Positions 20,563 to 29,204 of a DNA stretch of 64,000 bases are shown piece after piece (within the stretch, counting starts at the first letter, position 1; every line of letters begins with the position of its first letter). The notes under the pieces are model-generated. The model had not been told where the DNA came from, ran no database searches, and worked only from the letters and a program-made list of their open reading frames with translations. Where the stretch lies: positions 1-64,000 of the forward strand of contig CBDANS010000006.1 of NCBI GenBank assembly GCA_965197745.1, read 5' to 3'. The position numbers were made by a program, and so were the translations under genes. Origin of the DNA: Opitutales bacterium. GTDB taxonomy: Bacteria > Verrucomicrobiota > Verrucomicrobiia > Opitutales > PNEW01.

Positions 20563-20600
20563 CACGCTGCCGCCCCTGGTCGTATACCGTCTCGACGCCA
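20563..20600 (-). promoter_or_regulatory. ops/JUMPStart-like element (RfaH recruitment site)
   Basis: Minus strand TGGCGTCGAGACGGTATACGACCAGGGGCGGCAGCGTG; the core GGCGGCAGCGTG differs by one base from enterobacterial ops GGCGGTAGCGTG and is preceded by a small hairpin; lies between the RfaH-like gene and the glycan operon. Confidence 0.75.
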
Positions 20601-20689
20601 AGATCTCCTGCCCATCCACGACTCATGTGGAGATATAATTTTTGACTGTGATGAACGCGGACCATCGATCCGTGCCCGGTGAAATAATT

Positions 20690-21247
20690 TTACTTAACGA
20701 AAAAAGATTTTGGTTCTCGGTTTCTCACCATAATGTTGTGAGCGGGTAGATCGACGTTGATCTGCCGACCGAGAAACTCGAGTAAGAGGCTGACTCGTTT
20801 TAGCGCCGGCAGGTGTCCGTTGACGACAGCAATGATATCTTTAAAGGGGCCATCTATGACAACTACTTCAGAGCCAATGGTGAGAGCGGGTTCAGGTGAT
20901 TCTCTGCACTCATCGGGCACTTGCTCTTTTAAATGATCAATAAAGGCCCCCGGTAAACGGGGAAATTCATGACCATAGCGCACGACTGAGTTTACACCGG
21001 GAATGGATAAGAGTGTGCGATAGCGGCTGCCGATTTCGCAACAGGTAAAAATATATCTCGGAAAAAGAGCTTCGGTAAATCGAACCCTGCCTCGCCGTGT
21101 CTTTTTAAAATAAGTTATCCGAGGGCAAAATACTTTCAGCCCAACCCGGGAGCGTATGTTCGCGGCAGCAATATGTTCACGCTTGGGCTGTGTGTGCAGA
21201 CAGTACCAGGCTTCTTCAGAATTAACTTCCAGGTGGAGACTTATCAT
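20690..21247 (-). CDS. rfaH: NusG paralogue, RfaH/UpxY-like transcription antiterminator
   Basis: WYCLHTQPKRE, EALFPRYIF, GVNSVVRYG NGN motifs; C-terminal KOW (GSEVVVIDGPF...RVSLLLEFLGRQ). Confidence 0.85.
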   Translation of the reverse strand: MISLHLEVNSEEAWYCLHTQPKREHIAAANIRSRVGLKVFCPRITYFKKTRRGRVRFTEALFPRYIFTCCEIGSRYRTLLSIPGVNSVVRYGHEFPRLPGAFIDHLKEQVPDECRESPEPALTIGSEVVVIDGPFKDIIAVVNGHLPALKRVSLLLEFLGRQINVDLPAHNIMVRNREPKSFFVK

Positions 21248-21249
21248 AA

Positions 21250-21738
21250 TTAGAATTTTATGAATTTTATAATTTTACCGACCAGCCCATGACCATGTTT
21301 CAGCCAGCTGTTTAATTTAATAAGTCGACTCTTATAATACTCCTGATCTTCCGTGGGTGTATCATCCAGTTGGGACTGGATGCTTTGCAATCGTTCGGCA
21401 GCACTTTCCAGTTGGGGAAATACCTCCTCCCTGAAGAAACCGACCGTTAACTTTCGAAATTCAGCCTCTGCCGTGTAATAATCCTTGCGGTCTCCGGCTC
21501 GGTAAATTGCTTTAACCGCTCGAAATGATCGCAGTTGTTTCAGTCCCTGGCTGGCCGACCCTAAACTGATATTGAGTTTAGCCATGATCTGGTTCATGGA
21601 GAGCGGTGCCGGTGTTATATATAGCAGTCCGTAAATCTCCCCAATCGATTTAGGGAGACCTAAGAGCTGCACGCCACGAACAAATATATCTATGACTTCG
21701 GCTTCCAGCTGAGTAAGTGACTCTGTGTATACCGCCAT
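21250..21738 (-). CDS. GbsR/MarR-family winged-helix transcriptional regulator
   Basis: GLPKSIGEIYGLLY, LNISLGSASQGLKQL, GDRKDYY motifs. Confidence 0.85.
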   Translation of the reverse strand: MAVYTESLTQLEAEVIDIFVRGVQLLGLPKSIGEIYGLLYITPAPLSMNQIMAKLNISLGSASQGLKQLRSFRAVKAIYRAGDRKDYYTAEAEFRKLTVGFFREEVFPQLESAAERLQSIQSQLDDTPTEDQEYYKSRLIKLNSWLKHGHGLVGKIIKFIKF

Positions 21739-21783
21739 GTTAACTGAATAGTTAAAGGGGATATATTAAGGGAAAAAATCTAA

Positions 21784-21803
21784 ATTTCAATAATATTTGA
21801 AAT
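21784..21803. promoter_or_regulatory. Palindromic operator candidate ATTTCAA-N6-TTGAAAT
   Basis: Perfect 7-bp inverted arms about 45 bp upstream of the GbsR-like gene start. Confidence 0.5.
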
Positions 21804-21912
21804 ATTTGATATAATTAATATCTTTGAAATCTATTATATCAGGATGGGTAAATGCGTTTACTGCTCTCAATAAGGGAATCCAATCAGGGCCAGAGTAATT
21901 GTCATTGTCTAT

Positions 21913-21933
21913 TTGTATAAACGACTTATACAA
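21913..21933. promoter_or_regulatory. Palindromic operator candidate TTGTATAA-N5-TTATACAA
   Basis: Perfect 8-bp inverted arms about 63 bp upstream of the wcaJ-like gene. Confidence 0.5.
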
Positions 21934-21996
21934 CAAAGGTGATTATTAATATCCCTATATCGGGAAATTTATACACTTAGACCAGGATGCGAATTT

Positions 21997-23412
21997 ATGA
22001 TAGAGGGGAGAAGACAAGGGTTATTAACGCTTCATTGGCTATTTATCGCGATCGTTTTACCCGTTTGGTTTCTTATCGCGGTCTACATAGGCGTAGAATA
22101 CGTACATAAAATCAAATACGAACAGATAAATTTTCCCATTTACCTCGCGGGCATCGCGTTTGCCAGTTTACAGATTCTCAGTAACTACAGTCGTGCTGAT
22201 TCACGTCGGACTCCCGGATATCTATGGGTAGAAGCAATACGCAAGACTAATTCCAATGCCATCGTCCTGGCGCTGGCGTTCTTTGCGATCGTTTACGCAA
22301 CCAAGGACAAATCGATGAGCCGCCTTTTTCTAGGTTCATTCATATTGAGCACATGGTTTATTCTATTACCCCTCAACCGGTATTTACCGATCTGGTTAAC
22401 ACGGTTACTCTATCGCGGAGATAATGCGGTAAAAACCGTGCTCGTAGGAAACCCCGGCGCAATAAAGTATCTGGATGAATGGATAACCGAAGAACCACCA
22501 CTGGGAATGCAGATATTGGGAATAATTACCCCTCCCGAGAAGGATGAAGTTAAGGCACAAATTCCTCACCTTGGGACCATAAATGAATTCGAGCGAATCC
22601 TCGTAGAAAATAAAGTACAACAGGTAATATTGCTGGAAACACTGCAATCCAGAGAATTTATAACTTCAGTCATCGATACCGCTCAGCACGAAGGATGCCG
22701 GATACTGATCGTAAATGACTGGGAAGATTATTTTAAAATTCCAGTCACCACCGTAAATGAGGGCCAGTACTCCTTCTATACACTGCAGGAAGAACCTCTG
22801 GAAAACCCCATTAACCGTTTCCTCAAACGTTTTTTAGACATAGCAGTATCATTACCGATTGTCCTGACAATACTCCCCATACTGTGTGTAATTATTAAAT
22901 GCATACAAATTAAACAATCACCCGGACCTCTTATATTTCGTCAAAAAAGATCGGGTGTTTATAAAAAAGCATTCTATCTCTATAAATTTCGAACCATGCA
23001 TTTCACAGAGAAGAACACAACAGATGAAAGTCATCAAGCAACGGTAAATGACGAGCGGGTCTATCCTTTAGGTAAATTTTTGCGGAAGAATAGTATTGAT
23101 GAGTTTGCCCAGTTCCTGAACGTCCTATTGGGTGAAATGAGCCTGGTCGGACCAAGGCCTCATTATTTAAAGCATGATGAAGAGTTCAGAAAAGAGGTTA
23201 ACATTTACCAAATTCGCCATCTCGTAAAACCCGGCATTACCGGATTGGCTCAAAGTCGAGGTTTTCGCGGTGAAATAACGGACGTCTCACAAATCCACGG
23301 CCGCGTCCGCTCAGACCTCGAATACATAAACAGTTGGACTATATGGATGGACATTCTAATAATTTTAAAAACAATCTACCAGGTAATGTTTCCACCACGC
23401 AGTGTGGAGTGA
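21997..23412 (+). CDS. wcaJ: Undecaprenyl-phosphate sugar-1-phosphate transferase (WcaJ/WbaP-type initiating enzyme)
   Basis: Four N-terminal TM helices, KRFLDI, YKFRTM, SIDEFAQFLNVLLGEMSLVGPRP, VKPGITGLAQ; last codons and stop come from the IS3 left end. Confidence 0.9.
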   Translation: MIEGRRQGLLTLHWLFIAIVLPVWFLIAVYIGVEYVHKIKYEQINFPIYLAGIAFASLQILSNYSRADSRRTPGYLWVEAIRKTNSNAIVLALAFFAIVYATKDKSMSRLFLGSFILSTWFILLPLNRYLPIWLTRLLYRGDNAVKTVLVGNPGAIKYLDEWITEEPPLGMQILGIITPPEKDEVKAQIPHLGTINEFERILVENKVQQVILLETLQSREFITSVIDTAQHEGCRILIVNDWEDYFKIPVTTVNEGQYSFYTLQEEPLENPINRFLKRFLDIAVSLPIVLTILPILCVIIKCIQIKQSPGPLIFRQKRSGVYKKAFYLYKFRTMHFTEKNTTDESHQATVNDERVYPLGKFLRKNSIDEFAQFLNVLLGEMSLVGPRPHYLKHDEEFRKEVNIYQIRHLVKPGITGLAQSRGFRGEITDVSQIHGRVRSDLEYINSWTIWMDILIILKTIYQVMFPPRSVE

Positions 23413-23469
23413 CCCCCAAAAATGGTATCATTAACAGAGAGAGGTTATCGGGATAAACAGATAACCTCA

Positions 23470-23736
23470 ATGAAAAGAAAAAGATATACAACAGAACAGA
23501 TCATAGCAATACTGCGGCAGCCCGATACGGGCAAAACCGTGCAGGAAGTCTGCCACGGCAACAACCTAAGTGAACAGACCTTCTATCGCTGGGGCAAAAA
23601 GTATGGCAACTTGGAGCTGGCTGATGCGAAGCGATTTAAAGAGCTGGAAAAGGAGAATACGGAGCTGAAGAAGATGCTCGCTGATCAAATGCTCAAGCTT
23701 CGGGTGTTGGAGGAAACGCTCTCAAAAAAATGGTGA
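23470..23736 (+). CDS. IS3 OrfA (HTH transposase subunit)
   Basis: MKRKRYTTEQIIAIL...SEQTFYRW.KKYG...KELEKENTELKKMLAD. Confidence 0.85.
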   Translation: MKRKRYTTEQIIAILRQPDTGKTVQEVCHGNNLSEQTFYRWGKKYGNLELADAKRFKELEKENTELKKMLADQMLKLRVLEETLSKKW

Positions 23737-24164
23737 GCCCAAAGCAGAAGAAGCGAGCAGTAAAAGATGCGGCTGAGAAGGGGCTGTGCTCGTTTTAGAG
23801 GGCTTGTGCTTATCTCAGCCTCAGTTGGTCAACGTACAGCTACCGACCCAAGCAGGCCAGTAAGAAGGCTCAGCAATTGGCCGAGCGGATTTTGACCTTG
23901 TCCTGGGAACATCCCCGTTACGGTTACCGGCGCATTCGTGCCTTGCTGGTGAAAGAAGGTTGGGCGGCAAGCAGGAAATTTGTACAGGCAGTGCGACGTT
24001 CTTCGGGCTTACAGGTAAAGCCCCCGAAAAAGCGTAGACACCGTCAGGGGATCTCTACTGGGCTCCCTACTAAAGCAACCGGTCGCAATCACGTCTGGTC
24101 CTGGGACTTTGTCCATGATCGTACAGACAATGGCGGTATGCTAAAGATGATGACCTTGATCGAT

Positions 24165-24209
24165 GTACCGAGGAGCTGAAAGCGACGACACTCAAGCGAA
24201 GCGAAGACA
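24165..24209 (+). repeat. Short inserted element copy 1 (net +42 bp), contains GCGAAGC
   Basis: GTACCGAGGAGCTGAAAGCGACGACACTCAAGCGAAGCGAAGACA interrupts the expected LID(E)YTR motif. Confidence 0.75.
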
Positions 24210-24335
24210 TATACGCGTAAATGTTTACGCATCCGGGTAGCTCGACAGCTCACCTCAACCGATGTTCTCTCGGTACTCAGCGAAACCATCGATGAAGAGG
24301 GAGTTCCTAGCTATATCCGCAGTGACAACGGCAGT

Positions 24336-24369
24336 GTTCCGAGGAGCGAAGCGACGACATGCGAAGCCA
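24336..24369 (+). repeat. Short inserted element copy 2 (net +31 bp), contains GCGAAGC twice
   Basis: GTTCCGAGGAGCGAAGCGACGACATGCGAAGCCA interrupts the expected SDNGS(E)FIA motif. Confidence 0.75.
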
Positions 24370-24775
24370 TTCATTGCTCATCAGGTGCAGCAGTGGTTGT
24401 CCGACAAAAAGATCAAGGCGATATATATCGATCCGGGCAGTCCCTGGCAAAACGGTTTCATCGAGTCGTTTCACAACCGCTTACGCGATGAGTGTTTGAA
24501 CCGTGAAGTGTTGCTCAGCGTGGCTGAAGCGCAAGTGCTAATAGAACAATGGCGTCAGACCTATAACAATGAACATCCCCACAGTCGATTAGGCTTTAAA
24601 AGCCCACAAGAGTTTGTCACATTCCTTTCCGCTCTTGGCCGCGTTCGGGCTACGCCCTCACTGCGCCAAGATCTCTCATATACATCAATCCTAAAACCAT
24701 TAACACCCGGTAGTTCTCTCACTTAAAATTTGATACGAAATACGGGGTCCGATCACTGGGATTAATCGTTACCTG

Positions 24776-25825
24776 TTGCGATTAACATGCCATTGGACCT
24801 GCGCCTTCATTCTTGGAATGGCGGTTATTATAACGGCACCTCTTGCTCTCTCGGGACAAGATGACCGCCCTCTCTCAGACCTGGCATTAGCCGAAGCAAC
24901 TATTGATTTTCAAGGCATCACCTATGCGCTTATTGAGGGTGACGTTTACAGCATTGATATTGATAATAACATGCTTGTTTTCACTGTAAATATTCACGAA
25001 AAAGGCTATTATGAGAATAATTACGTGGTCATTGATCAAACGGTTAACAGATGGGTCGCGCTATTAGGTATGTTTATTCCAGTAAAACGCCATCTTCAAG
25101 ACAACTTCGAGAACGCAAATATCATCCATAATCTTATTGGGTTTGATCGGGGATAGACAGATGTTGTCTTGCAATCTCCTTCTGCGCCGACAAGACCAGA
25201 GTATAAAAATCTTCGGAATAGTATCTTACTCGGGCAGTCTGATTTTATTGACAACCGGGTCGAACCCAGTTCGGCGGTCGTCTACTCAGGTTCTCGAGCA
25301 TTACGCACCCATGCTGTTGCCAAGACTGCAAACATGGTAGTTTCCAAAGCGTTTCTTGCTTCTGAAATGCTTCACTATGTAAAAGGAGATGATGTTTGGT
25401 TTTCAGCCAGGTATTATGCTGATCCTGAAGAAGGTGCGCCACAATCGATCATGGATTTAGAGACTTCCTGGTATATAGAACGACCGGGCTTAAGACTTGT
25501 GATTACCGATAACGGGCATTTACAAGTCGAATTGAAATGGATCATAAAAGCGAAATACCGACAACTGGGCGGGCAACAAGTGATGTTTCCAAGAGGACAG
25601 TGGGTACATATCCAAACACACTATTACCTCTCAGATGAAAACGACGGGGTCATTGAGGTTTGGCAAGACGGGATAAAGATCATAGATGAGCAAGGACAGA
25701 CCTTGCCCCTGGCGAGTACCGTATACAGTTACCTGGAGTTAGGTATAACTGCACACAGATCTGAGTCGGAAAATGTGACGGTGTATGTGGATGATTGTGT
25801 GATCTCTGATCAGCCGATTAATTAA
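24776..25825 (+). pseudogene. Secreted polysaccharide-lyase-like / beta-sandwich protein split by one in-frame TAG (25154-25156)
   Basis: ORFs 24776-25156 and 25169-25825 share a frame; N-terminal signal peptide; C-terminal PRGQWVHI...GVIEVWQDG...VYVDD resembles the heparin-lyase-I-like Polysacc_lyase fold. Confidence 0.6.
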
Positions 25826-26121
25826 GATTCTATTTGGACAGCCAAACTGCTCCGGGTAGAAGACGGTTTCTCTTCAATTACTACTTGATCATTCCTTACT
25901 ACCTTCTCGCTGCTTTTGCCATGGGCAGGAAAGATTTCCCGTAAATGTGTCGTATGACAACTTCTTAACTGGTCTGCTTGGGAAACGCTATAGGGTGGAT
26001 TGAATTATTTTTTGATTCGCTTTATCATGCTTCAATTTGTAGTAACCGAATTCGCGTCATATCTCATCCTTGGAAATACCATATACTCGAAATATAACGT
26101 GATTTTTGAAACTATAAAAAT

Positions 26122-27633
26122 TTGGTAATGCAAGAAGGTCGTTCCATCCTTAAACATTCACCGGTCTATCTTAGCGCGACCATTCTAAACCGCGGTGTAG
26201 CCTTCCTGCTTCTTCTTATATACACTCATTTTCTCTCACCCGAAGAGTATGGAATCATAGGTTTGGTAATGATCACTAGTGAAATCGTTGCCTATATCAT
26301 TGAAATGCAGCTTGGAACGGCGATGATTCGCATCTACTTTGATTATCAGGATGAAAAGCAGCGCAACAGTGTCATAAGTACCGCCATAATGGCGATGATT
26401 GGCCTCATCCTTCTTCTCCTTCTACCACTGTTAATTATTACCGGGCCACTTTCTAATGCTGTAATGGGAACACCTCGCGGTGAATTTCTATTTCTGGGGA
26501 CGATCAGTATGCTATTTAACAGTCTCTTCAATATTGGCCTTCATTATCTACGAGGTTTACGCAAATCCTGGGCCGTAATGACATCTTCTACGATCCGCTC
26601 AATTGGTTATTTCGGAATAAATATAATCCTCGTTGCAGGTTTGGGACTCGGCGTTTGGGGTGCATTATACGGAATTATGGTGGCCAATGTTATAGCTGCA
26701 TTGAGTCTCGTCTTACCTATATTGAAACGAGTCGGTTTTATATTTTCCTGGAACAAGCTCGCAGTGATGCTTAACTATGGTCTGCGCCTCGTTCCCGGCC
26801 GCATTGCTGGAGCAGGGTCCAGCTTTGTAGAACGGTTTATTATCGTCACATTCAGCTCCCTCTCAATGACTGGAATCTACTATCTGGCTTTTCGTTTCGG
26901 CGATCTTTTAAGAATGATTATGGTCCAATCGTTTAATCAAATCTATTATGTTCACCGATTAGAGTTGCTCCGCGATAATCAACCGGATCCCGGGGGACCG
27001 CGTATTTTTACTTATTTTTTTACCTTGATGACCACTGCTGCACTTGGTCTTTCACTGATGGCTCCTGAAATTATTATTCTTTGTGCATCACCGAATTATT
27101 ATGACGCTGCCAAATTAATTCCATTACTGGCATTGGCGGTGGTCATTCTTTCACTAACCGTGATTGTTGAACTAGGTATATTATATGAAAAATTGACCCA
27201 TCTCATCACGATCGCAGTTCTTCTCATGCTTTTTCTCCACGCTCCGCTTTCAACAATAATGATTGGTCTTTGGGGTGTGATGGGAGTTGCCATTGCCCGA
27301 TGTATTTCAGCCTCTTTTCGCATTGCTGCCACGGTGTTTCTTGCCCGCAATCTCAGTGGCCCCAGGCCGGAGTGGAAACGTTTAGCATTTATCCTCGGCT
27401 TAGGGATTCTTACTTTCGCCATCGGGCGTTCTCTCGACTTTTCAGGTGTATGGTTAGCCCCCATAGGACGATTTCTCCTCGTTGTCGTATTCCCCTTCGC
27501 AGTCCTATTCAGTCCCATCTATGACGTTGATGAACGAAAGCAATTCCTCAATTTAATCACAGATTTGTTTAAGCATCTGAGAAAAAAACTCAAAAAAAAT
27601 AGCCCACACTTAACCAATACCGATCCTGAGTAA
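26122..27633 (+). CDS. wzx: Oligosaccharide flippase (Wzx/MOP superfamily)
   Basis: KHSPVYLSATIL...YTHFLSPEEYG N-terminal motif, 12-14 TM helices, GIYYLAFRF. Confidence 0.8.
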   Translation: MVMQEGRSILKHSPVYLSATILNRGVAFLLLLIYTHFLSPEEYGIIGLVMITSEIVAYIIEMQLGTAMIRIYFDYQDEKQRNSVISTAIMAMIGLILLLLLPLLIITGPLSNAVMGTPRGEFLFLGTISMLFNSLFNIGLHYLRGLRKSWAVMTSSTIRSIGYFGINIILVAGLGLGVWGALYGIMVANVIAALSLVLPILKRVGFIFSWNKLAVMLNYGLRLVPGRIAGAGSSFVERFIIVTFSSLSMTGIYYLAFRFGDLLRMIMVQSFNQIYYVHRLELLRDNQPDPGGPRIFTYFFTLMTTAALGLSLMAPEIIILCASPNYYDAAKLIPLLALAVVILSLTVIVELGILYEKLTHLITIAVLLMLFLHAPLSTIMIGLWGVMGVAIARCISASFRIAATVFLARNLSGPRPEWKRLAFILGLGILTFAIGRSLDFSGVWLAPIGRFLLVVVFPFAVLFSPIYDVDERKQFLNLITDLFKHLRKKLKKNSPHLTNTDPE

Positions 27634-27720
27634 GCTATAATAGATACACCATGACCTGCATATCTGATTGCTCCCAGCAGAAGAACAAAATTCTTCTCTC
27701 CTACCACAAGGAGGTTTTAT

Positions 27721-28476
27721 TTACGCCGCAATTTTTAAAGGACTGTTTTCCTTATTCTGTCGTAACAGTCCAAAGAGGCGCCTTGCATTCCAGTAACGCG
27801 GAATAAACTGATTCGGCGAGCTTATGCAACGAACTAACCAGCCTATAAATAATCGGTCGGCCCACCAGGGTATTCTCGCTTGCCTTCCCGTTAGAAAGGC
27901 AATGGCGGCACCGGTGCATATAATCGTTGGCTTGTATCCGAGTTCACGTCGTAAGTAAGCGCCCAGTTTTTCCTGAACCCCACCACCAATATTAATGATG
28001 ATGTAGTTTGGACGTTTTTCTTTTAAGAGGGCCAGCAGTTTTGAATCTTCAACGCGGTCATTTTTATAGAGCGGCGCAATGTAGCAATCGGATTCCTCAA
28101 CCGAGATCCCGCGATGCTTTAACCACTCGCGATTTGCCGCGCTTTCCTCTTCGTCCGGCATGACCCAAAATGAATTCTCTTTTTGTTGTAAAACATACTC
28201 TTCGAGAAAGTGTTTCAAAAACTTTAAGCCTGAAATCCTTCGCAAACGTTTCCCGTTGAGCAGCCACCACGTTAAGACCATCATACCGCTGTCGACCAGC
28301 ACCAGGTCACTGTTCTTAAAAGCTTCCTTATAATTAGGGTCATTAGGAAGATCTGCCAGTCCCGGACCCGATGGTGCGAGAATCAACCCACCCTCATTGG
28401 CCAGGTCTAAGGCTTCTTCCATCACACCCGTAAAAAAACGTATGCCTAAAACTTTTTGGAAATATTTTTTATTCAT
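27721..28476 (-). CDS. WecB/TagA/CpsF family glycosyltransferase (GT26)
   Basis: SDLVLVDSG, RISGLKFL, IGGGVQE, CTGAAIAFLTG, GWLVRC...PRY. Confidence 0.8.
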   Translation of the reverse strand: MNKKYFQKVLGIRFFTGVMEEALDLANEGGLILAPSGPGLADLPNDPNYKEAFKNSDLVLVDSGMMVLTWWLLNGKRLRRISGLKFLKHFLEEYVLQQKENSFWVMPDEEESAANREWLKHRGISVEESDCYIAPLYKNDRVEDSKLLALLKEKRPNYIIINIGGGVQEKLGAYLRRELGYKPTIICTGAAIAFLTGRQARIPWWADRLFIGWLVRCISSPNQFIPRYWNARRLFGLLRQNKENSPLKIAA

Positions 28477-28850
28477 CGATAATCGCTATCGGAATTTATT
28501 AATAAAACAGAGTATGCGATAGTTTCGTATGTGTCTACCCATTAATATATTTATAAGTTTTTTTTACATTTTTTTGGCAAAAATATAAAAACTTTGAACA
28601 ACTAATATAATAAATTAATGTCGTTTTCGGTTAATAGGATATCATTATAATGTCATTTCGGCAACATTCATAATCACCTTGAAAGTCAGGGATTCAATTT
28701 CTGGAAAAATGATGTCCATCCTCCTCCCATAGTACTATTGATATCACTTACAATAAGATAATGCTTAAAGGGTGTCACCATATAAGGCAAGAACAGCGTT
28801 CAATTAATTTTTATGGATTCCAATGATAGACGGGTGTACGATTAATGGTT

Positions 28851-28892
28851 AAAAAAGCAGGACGGGTTCCATGTTTTAGAAAGAACCCGTCC
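28851..28892 (-). terminator. Intrinsic terminator on the minus strand
   Basis: 10-bp stem GGACGGGTTC/GAACCCGTCC followed on the minus strand by TGCTTTTTT. Confidence 0.65.
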
Positions 28893-29204
28893 CACAATTG
28901 CGTGCAGCAGTAGCAGCAATAAAGCTCAAAATGCGTGAAAAAATATACTAATTTGAGCTCTAATAATACTTTTTCTGTTATATATAGGTATTGATCAAAG
29001 AATAATATAGGGTATTTTTCCTATGATTTCAAGAAAATTTAACCCTATACCCATAAAACATGTAAAAAGAGGGCAATAAAGGCAGAAAAAGCTGAATCCT
29101 AATTAAAAACAGACAGAGTCACCTGATAAACAGGTCAAAAATGAACTCAATTGTCCTTGTTGAATGAGGCGAGAAGGCCCCTTACATGGAAGACCTGAAA
29201 ACGG

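Larger units (their letters stand above)
23730..24726 (+). pseudogene. IS3 OrfB (DDE integrase) pseudogene
   Basis: YGYRRI, WSWDF, SDNG, PGSPWQNGFIESF, HSRLG motifs; disrupted by in-frame TAG at 23796-23798, a 42-bp insertion with TGA and a 31-bp frameshifting insertion. Confidence 0.88.
23405..24755 (+). mobile_element. IS3-family insertion sequence, inactivated
   Basis: TG...CA ends with imperfect inverted repeats (TGGAGTGACCCCCAAAAATGGTATCA vs reverse complement of the right end TGATCGGACCCCGTATTTCGTATCA); orfA/orfB with an A7 slippery site at 23724-23730; no clean target duplication. Confidence 0.88.

Noticed and set aside
20477..20665. 62-aa minus-strand ORF as a leader peptide
   Set aside because: It runs through the ops-like site and the octamer array, and its sequence mirrors the repeat periodicity; no independent coding evidence
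24630..24675. GC-rich hairpin near the IS right end as a separate RNA element
   Set aside because: It lies within the orfB 3' end, and such subterminal hairpins are common in IS elements
25826..26000. Open minus-strand frame of about 58 codons between the lyase-like gene and wzx
   Set aside because: No start codon after the upstream stop and no recognisable motif
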